From contig NC_047066.1 in the NCBI RefSeq assembly GCF_902459465.1, positions 20,832,001 to 20,896,000 on the forward strand: 64,000 nt of DNA, in the 5' to 3' direction. Shown in pieces: positions 48,201 through 62,540 of the stretch (position 1 is the stretch's first letter; each line of letters opens with the position of its first letter). Made by a program: the position numbers and the translations under genes. The notes beneath the pieces are model-generated. The model did not search any database. It had not been told where the DNA came from and saw only the letters and a list, made by a program, of their open reading frames with translations. This stretch comes from Asterias rubens. Its lineage: Eukaryota.

Positions 48201-49329
48201 AAAAATAATTGTATTTTTTTACACCGGTTGCTTTTTGTGTATTTTGTTTCCAGATTTAGTCTCTGACGTGACAGTGGCCAAGCAGGGATACCCCAGAATG
48301 GCTGTCGCTGCATGCTTCGGTGGACCCCTCTTCAGTATCCTTTCTAATCATCATCTAATGAAGAAGTGTTTAAACTTAGTAAATTTACGCGTATCGCATT
48401 CAATACATATCAACACTCATGTAAAAACTTTAAAGGAACATTACAGAATTGGTTTTGCTAGCAAACAAGTTGCTGGCAGTGTAAGCACTTTATGTAATCT
48501 ACCATATACATAAACTGACAAACCTGTAGAAGTTCGAGATCGATCGGTCATCTGGGTCACTAGAGAATAGTGAAAAAACGATTACAAATTTTGCATTGCA
48601 TCAAAGCCAAAACAAAAATGAATAAAACGCTCACAGATCGATAAACTCCAAACGCGAAGTTAGATTAAATGTGAAATTTCAGACAGAAATATTTCAAGGG
48701 ATGTTTCCTACTGTCATCATCATTACACTGTGATCTTCACGAGTTTTGTTTCTTACCAATTCTGTAACGTTCCTTTAAGCCTTGGATTGTATTTGAGATT
48801 GTGATTCTTTAACTAAACAATTTCAGATATGCTTTTAGGTATCGGGATCTCATGTACTATAGCATGCATCAAAAATGGTGGTACCTTCCATGTAAGTATC
48901 AGATGAATGTGTTAATACATCCAAAGGCTCCCCCAAATTATGTCCTTACCCCTATCTACAAACCCCCCCCCCCAAAGTGTCCAATGGCTTTACGTTGTAG
49001 CCCCTCACCTTAAATTGGGCTTCCTGCCTTGTGATGTAAGGTGATCTCTCATGAAACAAAATGATTAAAATGAAATGAAAAATTGATCCACATGAGTTTT
49101 TATTAAAAAAAAAAAAAATAAGATTATTTTTTTTCGTTTACAGCTAAGTACGAACACACTTCAGTTTGTCCTGTCTGGAGGTCTGGCTGCCAGCCTCTTC
49201 TTCTCCTTGTTCTTCATGGTGGCAACCCGGTTCCATGCTAGTCGAGTATATGGGATCTGTCTGTATGTTTTGTACTTCGTCTTTCTTGCGGTCGCTATTC
49301 TCACTGAGACAAGGGTCATCAAATGGTGA
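36235..49329 (+). CDS. SLC8B1: Na+(Li+)/Ca2+ exchanger NCLX (CCX subfamily), 680 aa, 17 exons
   Basis: Exons 36235-36429, 37277-37429, 39119-39171, 41900-41957, 42599-42710, 43262-43429, 43581-43703, 44161-44289, 44437-44559, 45615-45802, 46122-46254, 46878-46999, 47605-47682, 47997-48072, 48254-48334, 48827-48891 and 49144-49329 total 2043 nt in frame. Alpha-1 repeat GVTFLAFGNGAPDIFSA, alpha-2 repeat LGLTLLAWGNSIGDLVSD, plus GYPRMAVAACFGGPLFN, FFCPAL and DDGFINYL. Confidence 0.93.
41958..42598 (+). other. U12-type AT-AC minor intron
   Basis: 5'ss ATATCCTTTT, branch point TTCCTTAAC at 42580-42588 and 3'ss AC at 42597-42598. Removing it joins ..SQNIV|GVTFLAFGNG in frame. Confidence 0.92.
42370..42498 (-). 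mobile_element. tRNA-derived SINE head; second copy at ~45485-45575
   Basis: Minus strand GTGTCATGGCCAAGCGGTTAAGAGC...GTGGGTTCGAATCCCGGTCGTGACA has A and B boxes, and the two copies diverge in the stems. Confidence 0.7.
44821..45161. repeat. Long inverted repeat (~110-bp arms) containing degenerate hammerhead-like cores
   Basis: Arm GTAACACCATG..GAACCGTTTGTTTAAACTCAACGTTTCGATCAGTATGCTCTGATCGTCTTCTGGAGAAAA and its reverse complement, with partial extra copies between. Related pieces occur at ~30433-30495, ~52560-52640 and ~44610-44665. Confidence 0.8.
46400..46915 (+). repeat. Four-unit tandem duplication spanning the acceptor of SLC8B1 exon 12
   Basis: The unit GTGCAGCTGCAA..CACCTACC..TACAA..CTCTCTCCTGTACACAG|ANAYATCMAGGGTRYTG is repeated 4 times. 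Only the last copy continues as the full exon. Confidence 0.8.
48335..48826 (+). other. U12-type GT-AG minor intron
   Basis: 5'ss GTATCCTTT and branch-like TTCTTTAAC at 48805-48813, 13 nt before the 3' end. There is no strong polypyrimidine tract. Splicing joins GGPLF-N-MLLGIG. Confidence 0.85.
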
Positions 49330-51722
49330 TACACAAAGGTACAATTATAACTAAATGTTTTATTTTTTTGATGAACACAAATTTATATTTTTTGGAAATT
49401 TTATAATGGTTTGTTTCTTATTTGATGACAGCTTTTAGTGGTTGTTAAAACCACTGGACTATATTGGTAATTACTCAAAGTAATTGCTAGCATAAAACAT
49501 TGTGAGAAACAATGTATATAAAATGTACTCTTCGAAAAAGAGGTATTTTATCACTCAAATATAAAAAGACTTCAGGCTTGAAGCCTTTTCTGAAAGCATT
49601 ATTAATACTGTTTTTTGGACAATTACTACAGGTGTCCATTGCCTTTAGCACTGTTGGTTATCAATTGATGTTGATGGAAAACAACTCCCCAAAGCAAGAG
49701 AGAATTGTACTCTTGTCAGTTTGAAATGTTGATGTTGCATAGCAATGCAATTGTCACATGTGTTCGTATGGGCTCCAGTTTTAAATTATCACATTGCGTA
49801 CTTTGGTACTTTGTTACTATGCTTTTGCATTAAGAGACAATAGTAAATGTTTAACTTATATGAATTTATTCTATTTTCCCAGTGAAGTAGTGCATTTAAA
49901 ATCAAGTGTGTAACGAACATTGTCTATTTTTTATATGGGCAGCAATTAAATGTATTTGATTCATATATCTTTTATATTAGATTGTATATATAACAGTAAC
50001 TATTCTATCGCAAAATGCTGTGTATTCAAAAATGCATTCCTAACTCAAAATGAGGTTGATGTAAATTTAAATTTTGAACAATGTATTATTGACAAACTAT
50101 TTTTGATAAAGATTAATCACTACTATTTCTATTTTAAGTTTATGTTTTTAATTCTTTTCAGTTTTTTTTTAATGGTAATCGCAATTCTTGTCAGTCTCTT
50201 TTAATAGTAATCGCAATATGTTTAATATATTGATTCTCGTGTACAATCTGATTGGCAAGCCATGCCTAGTTCACACAAGCTGGCTCCACCTATTACAAAT
50301 TGGCGACTATCATAAAGCCTGGTTCATACTTCCTGCGAATGCGAATGCGATACAAATGTTGACGCCACAAATTCGCAACGAATAATTCACCGGAGCCTTG
50401 CTCAACTCTCTTACGAAAATGGCAACGAAGGCAGAGTTGTGATGTCCAATTCATGTCATTTTCGCATCGCATTCGCATTCGCAGGATGTATGAACTGGGC
50501 TTTACGGCAAAGCTCCATTAAAGAAAGTTGTTAGAACAAAAACATCCTTTTCATCTGACAACTAACACCTGTTATCTCGATGCATTTCCTTTAATTCCTA
50601 ACAGTGAATTTACAGTGGGTCTGCTGACTGCCTTAGGCAAATTAACTGCTTATTCATTAAGTTTAATGAACCTGTTGAAATGATAATACATTAATGCAAA
50701 TGCTGGCATTTGCTTTATTCAGCAATCTTGAGTTAATATAATTAATATTTCTCTCAAATCCAGTACTTTTTTTACACAGATTTTATAAGTCTTGTTTTAG
50801 TGTTGTGCTTTGTATTCAAACGGCATTATGTTTTGGTTACATGGAGCTTATGGAAGTGAGAATCATGTACAATCTTAACCTGTTTATGAAAACAAAGGGT
50901 ATGTTTCGACAAAAGTGATAAGTTTGAATGGAAAAGTTACCTCCTAATTGACAGCACAGCTTCTTGGTGTTTGGTGTTTAGTACAAAAACAATTAGCCTT
51001 TCTGAGATATAAGATAAGATAAGATAGGAACTTTATTATCACACACTGGGGAAACTGGCCTTGATTCAAACAATACAGAAAAAACACTAAAAGATTTAGA
51101 ACAATAAATTTAATTATAATAATAATAACATGCATTTATATAGCACTAAATACAGGGTTTTTAAGCGCTGAAACATAAAACATAAATATACAGATTGAAG
51201 AAACAATTAAGTATGAATATTAAGTATAAACATATGTTAAAGGTAGGATTATAAAGATTCATAGCAATTAATTATACAATGTTAAATATTCACAAGAGAA
51301 GTCCTTAAAACTTACAAATCAGAAAACCTCAGCTACTTAAAATTATTGTATGGTGAACACCATAGGAGTACATCATTTGGTTTAGATGTTTTAACACTAC
51401 ATATAAAGTGTGGACCTGAGAACATAAGTCCACATCATGTAGGGACTTGAAACACTATGTGGACTTACACATGTCCACACAGTATTATTTACAGTGTTGA
51501 AGAATAGGATTTTTCCTTATGTGCACAGAGCAAAGGAATGTCAACAGGCTGACTGCAACACAGATGTGTGTGTGTATACAGACAGGTTTACCCAAACCAA
51601 CCAATGCAATTAAAATGTGTCCACCCCATCTCAACCGATTAGAGTGAATTTAAATCTAAAACTTTACGGGAAGATTATATAAACAAATAAATAAACAAAC
51701 AAACAAGCACTCATCATCGGTG

Positions 51723-54700
51723 TTATCGCTTCTTGGCTCCTGACGAGTTGCTCTTGGGCCGGGTACCCTTGACGTTCTTAGGGATTTTGCGCCTAACACT
51801 GCTCCATTGTGATTCCTTGCGTCGGACCGTGGGTCTGGACAAGTCCTGAAGCCGACCTACAGTAGGAGGATTTGATTGAGAACTTAGTAAAATATGGCAT
51901 ATTTTTACCATCCCTAGTCAAACTCACTTTAAATGATTAATTTTTTTGTTTATTATAGCAAACAAATAAGAATTTTTAAATAATGACCTTTTTAAAAACT
52001 AGTGTTTTGGACTTTGGTTTCAGTTGTTTTCAAAGCCGGCATTTTTCGGCATAGAAATTCAAAATGGCGGTCAATGCCCTTTTGGTGCGCACTTTTATTT
52101 TGTCAAGCAAATGCACGAAGAGCTGTTTTATTTGCGATTTTTGCAAGTTATTCTCCAAGAGAAATAACCTTTTTTTCTAGTGGCCTTGGAGTGCGAATTC
52201 TCCCCTGCCTGTTAACAGTTTATGGTATTGTTTGGATGCAATTTCCATTTGTTCTGCTGAGCCATAGTCTTTTCTCGATACCCCAGGGTTTGCCCATACA
52301 CTCCCCATGGTTCTCACAGCCATACTTTGATTAACTATTCATAAAGTTGATTCATTTTGATTGATTTTATTGAGCATTTTTTCCCCAACGGGAAGATAAC
52401 CGGAGATTGTGGAACACTCTATCAATGCATCCGGGTATATACTTGTTTTGCACCTGCGCGCTTTATTATGACGCTGCAAAATTGATTACTATACATGTAC
52501 CTGTTATCTTACATGTAGTGAGTATTAATTGTTCATAGCAACAGAGTCCAGCGTTCTACTGAATACGATCGGAACATCCTGATCGAAACAATAACTTGTC
52601 AACACCGGTTCTTTTCAGAACAAACACTACTCAAAGAGATACATTTGCAAATATCACCTTATCATTACTTTCATTTTGTAAAACTTTAAGTTTGGTTTAA
52701 TCATCGTAAAAAATGTCAGTTCATTTCATAACGATTTTGTTTATTGGTTGGTCACAAAGTGTGGGGTTAAGGTTGTGAACGTTTTAAAATGCCTTAATTG
52801 TATTATGTTTGTCTGAAAATGCAAGTTGTACTATAGATAACTTTATTATTATCACATTCTGAAACCAGTGTTCAATGAAGACAGTACATTATTGCATTTC
52901 TTTTTAACGTACACATAAATATTGAACGGTGAAATTGTTTGGTCAGGTTTAAACTCCAATGCATTAATTGACGTTTAAAACAATTTGTGAGCTTTATTTT
53001 GCTTGTTAAACGTTTATCATATTAGAATATAGAAAGACAGTTCTCTAAAAGAACAAACTCTACAAACACGGAAGTATACAAACACGATGTTTCCGCAAAC
53101 CAAATATTGATACCTCACCACGCAATGCCTCAAATTATATCTAAGGATGTATTTACTTGATAGTTCTGGGTAGTTTTTCTCCGGTTCGTTAATGAGCAGC
53201 GTGTACTTGGTAGGATCATCATTTTTCCCTTCTGTGAGACGTAAAAAAAGGGAACAAATTAGAGACGGAAAGGTCGTTGGTATACACAAAACGATTTCAG
53301 AACGAAACTTTTTCTATAGTTCCCTTGTCTTGGCCAATCAAACATGTTGGCTTGAATACTGGGTAGACAGAAACTAGTGGAACCTTGAGTTAATTTTCAA
53401 ATTCATTGTTAACCAAGCGTTTGTCATTTACGAATTTGTTTTTGAATATTTCTACTCTGCCAGTTACTTACTCTCTACTTTGATGAGCCAGTATGTTTCT
53501 CTTCCGTCGAGGTAGACATTGGCGTAAGATTGCAAGTTATCTGCAAGTCGTTTCACATTACCCGATGCGTCCGATAAATCTAAAATAACTGCCAGAATAA
53601 TATCAAAAATCATTGGAATATTGTATCTCACCTTTCTTGCCACTTTACATGCCTCTGTTATAATTATGTTACCTGTTCATGTGTGTTGTGTTGCGTTGCC
53701 GTTTTAGCCTTCATAAAAGACTCTTGTGTCGAACCGTCTGGCCATTTCTAGTTAAAACTATTCTTTGCAAGATTGTAGTTTTTATAACATTCATTCATGG
53801 AGGTAGATTCAATTGATCACATTTATAATATATCACCGCAAAAGAAGTACTCCCTGTGTGATGTAACAGAATTCCATATAACGTTCCAATATGAGATCAC
53901 TTTGCCTTTTCCGCAGTGCTCGATATAGATAAAAGGGCATTCTTAACCAATTTGTTGTTGTTTTAAATATTTAAAAAATAAGTGAAATTATATAACATAT
54001 TTTTTATCTCGCAAAAACAAATAGGATCATGGAAGCCAAATCCAAATAATGTATTATAATAGTATAGTTTCCATTACCACTGCATGGGCCTATATTTTCT
54101 ATCTGAACATTGTACTCACCATTTTCGTCATCAATATTACACTTGTTGCGTATACACTCCAGCAGAATCAAACAGTTGCAGTATGGGTTGAATATCCGCT
54201 GGTCATTATCTATTACATCAAAATAATAACATTTTGTTAACAAATTGTTTTAAGAAATAATTTTGACTTTGAACTTCTTTAGAACAATTGTTCGTGGACC
54301 ATCTCAAATCATACCTATATCCCTGGCCGATACTTTATGCACCATTTGTTGTCTTTAAATGTCATGGTTGTAAAGATAATTGCATACTCAGTCGAAAATA
54401 GTCGAAACGCTAGTCGAAACGTTGAGACCAATTCAAGAACTTACTATGCAGTAGTGCAGCTAATTATGATCCTATAAGCTAAAGTAGTGGTCCGAACCTA
54501 TTTTCTATACCATCCACCCGGGACAAAAAAGCAGGACAGTTCTTTTTAGAACTGAGAAGTCGCCCGAACACCCTACTCCGCGGTAGTAGAATAAAGAAAG
54601 ACAGTTCTCTAAGAACAAACTCTACCTGGCAATACACACACGGTGTTACCGCAAAATATATATTAATTGCATACTACTTAATTTATTTCCTTTGTTTATA

Positions 54701-56447
54701 ACAAATTCTTGGGATGGCATGTGCTCCAGAGAGGGATATCTTTATGAGAAGGGAAAGAGCTTTTTTTTTATAGGGAGATTCTTGAAGATGAGCATTCTGT
54801 CTGACCACACTGGCGGATCTCTCAGAACCAACTCTGTACCCGCAAGTTTACTGTGGGGTCGTTCAAAGGATAGTTTTCCTCGCCCTCAACTTTGAAAAAC
54901 TCAATTCTAATGAACTCCATTCTGAATCCAAGGCATGTTGAGATCGATTCACTAAACAAACTGTGTGTTTTCAAAAGATGATTTATTCGTGTACAGTGAA
55001 TAATTCAAATGTATTCAAATTGTGTATAATATAAGAAGCTGGGATCCTACTATGATGATTCGTAAAAGGGAATGCAGTATTATCGTAGAGTTTGCCTTGC
55101 AGTTAATAATTCAAATTGTACAACATTAATAATAAATTTATGACTTGTTATGGGCTTGGCACAAGGGGATGCCTGAGGCCAGGCTACACCCATTGTCAAT
55201 GAGTGGGCATGGTGGAGCTCAATTCAATTCAATTCAATTCATCTTTATATATCCCAAAAGGGTATTGCAAATTATGGCATACATGGTAAAATACATTGGA
55301 ACGTTTAAGAATGGGCTATGAAAGAACCATGACCCAATTTAATACAGATGCTTAGTCACAAGGTAAACTAGAACAACAAAATTGTGCCTACCAGAATAAG
55401 GTTACCAGCCAAACTATCATATCACATGTATAATTAGAGCTCAGTACCATGCAACAACTTGGCTGAACCGTTTGTTTGAGTATAATGGGTGGGTGGTGAA
55501 AGAAAGACCATTGTATAGAAGCAAACTATACCTGGATGCTCAAAGCTCGTGCATGCTCCACCAAGTGATCATAAGATTCACACAGGGGCGTAAAAGGGGT
55601 GGGGCAGGGGTGTGGTCGATGTGTCCACACCCAAACCAGTGCATATCCATGCTGGTTGCACCAACATGTCAAAACAACCATTCAACTCAATGTGGTCCGG
55701 TATAAACGCACATAATATCGTCTTCTGATGCAGCTATGTAGGCGGGGGAGACAAAAACTAGATCGATAGGGGATGTTGTCCGTAAGTGTAAGCCCATTAA
55801 ACGTTCAAACATCGACTGCCCGTTCGGCCATTGTCCCTCCTCGTCCAAGTCACTTCAAGGAGCTATTGTAGTCAGTTGTTGTTTTGTGTCCAAAGAATTT
55901 GTTCAATAAAAGTCATCTTGGGTTGCTGGCAGTTTTACGGTTCGATCTTTTTTATTTATAGAACCACGGTCCACTTAATGGTATGTATTGACAGGGGTGT
56001 TGTGTACACAACATGGTGCCCTGTAGAAAGTTATTGTAAGTAACAATAGAGGGACATTTCTAATTTCGGAAAATTCGGCATAAGAAGCGTTGGGGAGAGT
56101 ATAGCTTTGGTTTGGATTCTACATGTTGTTAAAGTGTGTGAAAAAAAGGCCTGGAGAAATATTACACTGTTGGGTTTTTGAACGACTTTGCGGCCACCCC
56201 CCCCCCCGAGCTCCATATCACCACTTAATGCACAACCTCCACACGCGGAAATCAACGAAATACAAACATTGGCAATCGTTGAGCTTATAACATCACAACA
56301 CTGTTCCTTGTTCACACTAACCGACCTTTCCCCCATACAGATAAATAATAAATAGTATATAAATAAATAAAGCACAAACATTACGTAATGAAGATAAATA
56401 AATTGAGTTTAAATCTTACCTCCAAATTTCACCGTAATAAAAGTCAT
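51723..56447 (-). CDS. CXorf65/C22orf15-family protein, 147 aa, 5 exons
   Basis: Exons 56447-56420 (MTFITVKFG), 54209-54120 (DNDQRIFNPYCNCLILLECIRNKCNIDDEN), 53588-53472 (VILDLSDASGNVKRL..YANVYLDGRETYWLIKVE), 53231-53157 and 51856-51723 (basic tail, TAA). All are phase-1 GT-AG introns, total 444 nt. It resembles the recalled family pattern MFI.vk.G....l.N..C....Ll..ir......iDL.d..G...Y....l..r.tY. Confidence 0.82.
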
Positions 56448-59400
56448 CTTTTTTGTTGAATACCGGTACCCCCACTCACAAAAGAAGATGAACCAACTGT
56501 TTTTAAAAAGTCACAGCATGGTGCAGGTATAGTTTTTCCGTCAAAAAAAAATTCCAGGTGCCTCTTTGATCAAGTATCAATATTTTCCCTTAGATTCCAA
56601 GGGGGCTAAGGCGTAACTTTCCCCGGTGCCTTGGAGTGGCGACTCGGTCCTCGTAATAAGATGTTTCCACACAGAATCCCGTAGGCCTACAGCTAGTTGT
56701 ATTACCTTTTTCACTAATGACTGCTAAAGTAAAGAAAAATCCACCCTTAACACAGTCACCAGCCTCGGGCTCCAACAACACAATGAAGGACATCAATATC
56801 CTGTCGCACTGTACATCTAGACCTGCCTTCATTTATCAATAATTCAGATAAAATTGTTGAAGGACTGTTGCCCCCAAATCGCCGCACCTAAATGGGAGAT
56901 AAGACCGGTCAGACATTCCGTAGTCGCAAATACGCGTGAAGTGGTCACAAAAATAACTTGGTCTGAAAACACCTCACTTTACCGCTGATAAGTGTTTATT
57001 TAGGCCGTTAGGTGAGCGTGTAACAGGCTTTTAAAGTGACGTATAGCCCCATGAAGAGACCTCATTGCAGCGACCTGGAACTTGACAACAGACAACAGAG
57101 TCAAGTGGTTGCTGTACAGAGGTGTTGCACCTTTTGTTATGTCCGTCAGTGTTAGCTCGGGTTTGATTAGTACCATTGAAGTGTTTAGAACCCAACCAAC
57201 GACACTTCCGCTTGGTGGTGGTAACCCAGTTGTTACAGTCATCCGTTAAATTTTTCCAGGAGGTGCGAGATCCCTTTGGGCTCTCACCCATTGAGGGATT
57301 CTTTGTCGTCTTATGCAGCAGCGTCCAGGCGGACACGATTGCATATGCAAAACCGTCCGGCGGACATTATTGCATATTGCATGGCGGACATTATTGCATA
57401 TTGCATATGCAATAATGTCTTCCGGATAGTATTGCATAGAGGACATAATTGCATGCGACAGGGGCAGACCGTTCTCTTTGGTTTCATATGGGTGGCTTTG
57501 TGAGATAATCTTCAATCTGCACTCTACAACTACAACCACAGAGGTGTATGATTACTCGGTCGGTGAACAAACTTGTTTTATATTTGTACTGAACAATGTT
57601 TGTACTTTGATTTCACTGAGTTTATTTATCAGGGATAGGGTAGGCCTACACACAAATAAATAAAGAAAAAACCCCATTATGAACCATTACTGAACTTAAA
57701 TATTATTCCAAATATGACCCATTATTAAAAAAAATACTCATAAAGTCTCTCATTAGTCTTTCGGCAGTAAATCCTGGCCCCAAAACGTCAGTGATTGATA
57801 GTGGATAGTGCACTCTACGCTCAGATGAAAATTACTACAGGGCGCCCTCTTACGGTATGATCTAACCAGTTTGACTGGCTCGCACTATTGTCTTGAGTTA
57901 AGACTATCTTGGCAGGTGTGCCATCAAGATTGTTGGTAGAGCGCCCTCACTAAAGTGTACTGTTTCATGTATGATTTTAAAGTGGGTCGGCACTGTATCG
58001 CCTTGTGTAAACACTTTTTCATACCAATGTTTTATCATCTCACTGAAAAGATTACGTAAGAGAAACTCATATCTGTTAGCCCATGCCATCATTAGCAACT
58101 GTATTTTTATTTTATTAGCCTCTTGCAACTGTTACAAAACATGCTACTTAAACATTGGATGAAACAGCCGTCGCGTCGTAATTAAACTGATCATGCGCAA
58201 TCCTTCGACTGCACACACACACACAACTCTGTCATGTCTGTATGAAAACTACTGCTGAACTACACCACGTTTGTTGTGAAAACGAAGGAAGACCCATGTG
58301 CGAAGCACTCCTAAGGTAGGTTTCTTAACTATTTCTCCTAGTACTTTTGTTTGAATAGCATTTTCTTTACTTTTAAGGGTGTTTTCATTAATATTTTGAG
58401 ATACAAAAGGGATTACGAGGTCCGCCAGTTTATTTTGCTTTTTTTGTACTGCGCACTGTCGGGTTCTCTGTGTGGGTGCACAATTGATTGAGACAACTCG
58501 ACCCTGTTGAGCAAGGTCTGTTTTGTGCAAATTTTGGGGCATTCATTCAAGGGATGGATTTTATTTGAGAGATTTCCCTATCCTGCCACCATCTTTTAGG
58601 TCATTTAGTTACCAAACAAAGGAAAGTATGAATGTTTTGTGTGTTTGGACTAAGGTTGGACTTGCACCACTGTTGCACTTTTAATTTGGTAACTAAAAAA
58701 AATAGTGAAAAGATGGTGGCAGGATTATGGATACGGAAATCTTTCAAAAACCGTAACATGTTATGAGTGAATATTTTAAGTAATTTAATTATTATGATAT
58801 GGAAAATTTCCCAAGTTGAATACATAAATAAATAGCCTTTTTATTTTTTATTTTGTTAAATTGTAAATGTAATGTTTGACAAAAAAGGCCTTCATTTTAA
58901 TTTGTACACTGACTGGCTGCGACACAGACTCTCTCACTCTCAGTAATCCAAGTTGAGTGGGCGGTATGTAAACTGTGTTTGTCAATTTTACTACATGTTA
59001 GTGTTTTACACTACTCCTAGAACTATGAGGTTCGTTCAGCTACCGTCTCGAGACGATAGTCGAAACTAACCGCATAGGGATAGTTCTAGGAGTATTTTTA
59101 CTCTATCCACACAGAACACAAGTCTACAAATCCAACACAAGTATGGATAAAATATTAATGAAGAAAACAGTTGACCCCCCATCAAATGCTCAAATCATTC
59201 ATTGATTAGTTTAATAGCAGTGTGTTTTTGTGATCCCCAAGTTTTCATTTGGATCCATATTTCGTTGTTCCTTGTAACACAAATAATAACATACAAACTG
59301 GTTTTGGTCATAGGCCATGTTTTAGTAATTTGTCACAAAATGACTAGCGCAATTGGGGCAGACGGATTCAAATGCCCCCCCCCCAGTCCCATATAAATTT

Positions 59401-59984
59401 ATTTCCTGATGGCTGAGTGAAATTGCACCCACACTACATCTTAAAGTGCACAATATCATTTGTTTAAAAGTTGGCATTTTGATTTTAAAGTACATGTACA
59501 GGTCGCTGTTGGCCCCCCCCTTTCAATTAAAGCTTGCCCCACCCCACAGATTAACAGAGCTGATGCCCTTTTTTATCAGGTCCATGCCTCGATGTACATG
59601 TAGCATTAAAACACAACCCCAAATCTAAATTGATTTTCTAACATTGATTTTAAAAGCTAAAAATAAAATTACACTGTGATGGATCATTTTCAGTTTACAC
59701 TTACACTAACAAAATGTTACATCTGGGGCCTGTTTATGTACACAAAGCTTGTGACAGATTGAAATACATAGCTGGTCATTGACGCCAGCTTGACTGAGTG
59801 CTTTTTAATCCAAATTTTTGACACCTTAGCCTTATAAATAAAATGGACACAAAAACCTGGAAGCAAATTATCTACCCACTACCAAACTGTTAAAAGGAGT
59901 TTTTTAATTGATTGTCGCAATTGGCAGCGTTCTTCTGTGTGGTCCGCTGGCCAAATGCTAGTTTTGGACACTCAAAGACCAGGG

Positions 59985-60130
59985 GTCGATTTCACAAAGA
60001 GTTAGGACTAGACTAGTCCTAACTTAGGACGGACTAGTCCTAGACAAATTGCATGAATACTCCTAAGTTAGGACGAGTAACTGGTCCTAATTCGAGATAA
60101 GACTAGTCCTAACTCTTTGTGAAATCCACC
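59985..60130. repeat. Palindromic MITE; partial copy at ~41718-41790
   Basis: TIRs GATTTCACAAAGAGTTAGGACTAG / CTAGTCCTAACTCTTTGTGAAATC. Confidence 0.75.
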
Positions 60131-62540
60131 CATGGCCCTACTCAAGTGGCCTGGCTGGCTGTTTTAGTGTCGACAACTATATTTTTTGGCTCTCAGAAAA
60201 AACAACGAAGCTAGTGTTCAAAAGCTTTGAAAGCCTGGTCAGCCTTGTAACTCAATAAATGTACTACGTATGTTCATGTACTTGTACCTTTTTTCAAGAG
60301 CCAATTTTCTTGTCTCAACTTTGTCTATAAAATGGCCTTTCAAAATGATTGGATTCTAGCTTTTAAGTTAAAAGATGACATTTTCTTCTACTTTTGTTTT
60401 GAAAATGCTTTGTAGTTATTTTTTAATATGTTTATTTTTCAAGTGGCATAGCTGATGATTTATACACTCTATGCCTACTGTGTAGTTGTACCATCATGGA
60501 GGGAAAGAAAATTCCATGTTTGTAATGTACACTTTACTTGTAAAAGTTGTTGTGAAAATACTGTTGATCAAGCAGCCGTTAGCTTAGCCACTTTATTATT
60601 TCTACATGTTTTATTGATGTTCTATTGTTGCTGTTTATGGCCCTAACAAGATGGGGGGGGGGGGGAGTTAAGATGTGGTACAATATTGATTACCCAGTTT
60701 CTGCTCTCCCCTAATCATAGATAAAAGCATATGAGTTGGGCACCAATATTGATTAGATACAGTTTCAGTGGTTGGTGTACAGCCACCATTTGTTGTTCAG
60801 AAATAGTTGGCGGGATGTGTACCAGTATTGATTGAAAATTCCGTGTGGTTTTGATGTTTTATGCATGAGTTGTCGGCGCACACTTGTGCCACTCAATTTT
60901 TATCCCCATCTACATGCTCTTAATTATTGACCACATGTGACATTCATGTATTATTAACAAGTGGTGTCCTTCTTTACGGATGTACGCTTATTGAATGGAG
61001 GCAAGTGTTAGACACCATCTGTATGTTTGCAAATGATTCATTACTGGCATCTGGCTGTCTGGTCGGTGCATTTGTTTTTTGAACACACTGTGCTTGGTGG
61101 GTTGTGCAGTTGCCACATTGTACACTACGCTACAAATTGTACACGTTCACAGTTCCTAGAGATTTGCACGCGTTCGGAATGTCTATGCAGTGTTTAATGA
61201 TTGAAGCTCTTTAGTAACACATTGTAAGTAAGTGCATTTTCCTATGTTTACATTCTTAGACAAATTTCATTGAAATTGTTTCCTGCATCAATGCAGGCCT
61301 GATACACATTCATGGACAGAGGCAACAAAGGCGATTGCCTCCATGCCCCTGGTCATTGCCTTGGTGCCCATGAAATGTTCTGGCGTAGAAATTTATGATA
61401 GGGTGCCCTTTACCAAGGAGAAAATGCCTCGGTGCCCTTGCCATTTCAAAAACAAACCATACATGTACATGTACAGGCCTGTCAATGGAAAACAATGATG
61501 TACACAGTATATGTACAGTTAGATAACATTGGAACATTGTTTTCCATGGCAAATAAAGTTTGTTAATAACAAGTGTTACAGTGTATTATTATGCATTCTG
61601 ACAGGCTCAGGGGCTCAAATACTATATTGCAGGCTCGAGGCCAGTGATTTTAGATTAGGGCAGTAAACTCTGTGGTTTGTGTTGAATTGTGGTCTTTCAG
61701 TCTGAATATTATGTACTTTTGTTCATCATTCGAGAATTACATATTAACATACTATGTATTCTCTAAAGCTTGTTAACATTTGAACAGTTCAGTTGTTTGA
61801 AGAATTTCCTCTTCTCAATTCTATTGAGCCCGGCAGTCTTTTTGTGTTTTTCACCCAAAATCAAGCCAACTGATATGCTGTATGCATTGTGTATACAGTA
61901 TTTAGTATAGTTTAAAGCTTTGCATGGTGAGGAGAAATAGGAAGAAACTATTCATTAATAAACTTGCGCGGATACAACCATCATGTGTAAATCTTGTTTG
62001 TGTGAGTGTGTGTGCTCTGAGAAGAGCCTGTTTGGTCTTGACGCTTCGTAAGTGTCGTATTTTTATTCTCAAAGGGAAGGTACACGTTTGGTAGTTACTC
62101 AAAACAAATGTTAACTTAAAAACTGACTTGGTAACGAGCGTTGGAGAGATGTTGATAGTATAAAACATTGTGGGAAACAACTCCCTCTGAAGTAATGTAG
62201 TTTTTGAGAAAGAGGTAATTTCTCACTAAAATAATAAAAGACTTCTAGCTAGAAGTCTTTTATTCCTATCTGAAAGCACACAAATTCGTCCAACAAGGGT
62301 GTTTTTTCTATCATCATTTTCTCGCAACTACGATGACCGATTGAGCCCAAATTTTCACAGGCTTGTTATTTGATGGTTATGATGGGATACACCAAGTGAG
62401 AAGACTGGTCTTTGACAATTCCAAAACGTGTACCTTCGCGTTAAGATGAGTTGAGTATACAGACCAAACCAAGCATGGTGCTCCGCAAGGATTAGTACTT
62501 AGTCCTTTTTCATCACCACGTACAAGTATATTCAATCCGG

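Noticed and set aside
55905-55919. 15-nt match (AATAAAAGTCATCTT) to the CXorf65-like first exon
   Set aside because: It is too short, has no donor and runs into a stop, so it is probably chance.
57500-62000. Additional gene in the right-hand region
   Set aside because: There is no ORF with recognisable homology and no phase-consistent exon chain. A non-coding transcript or UTR exons cannot be excluded.
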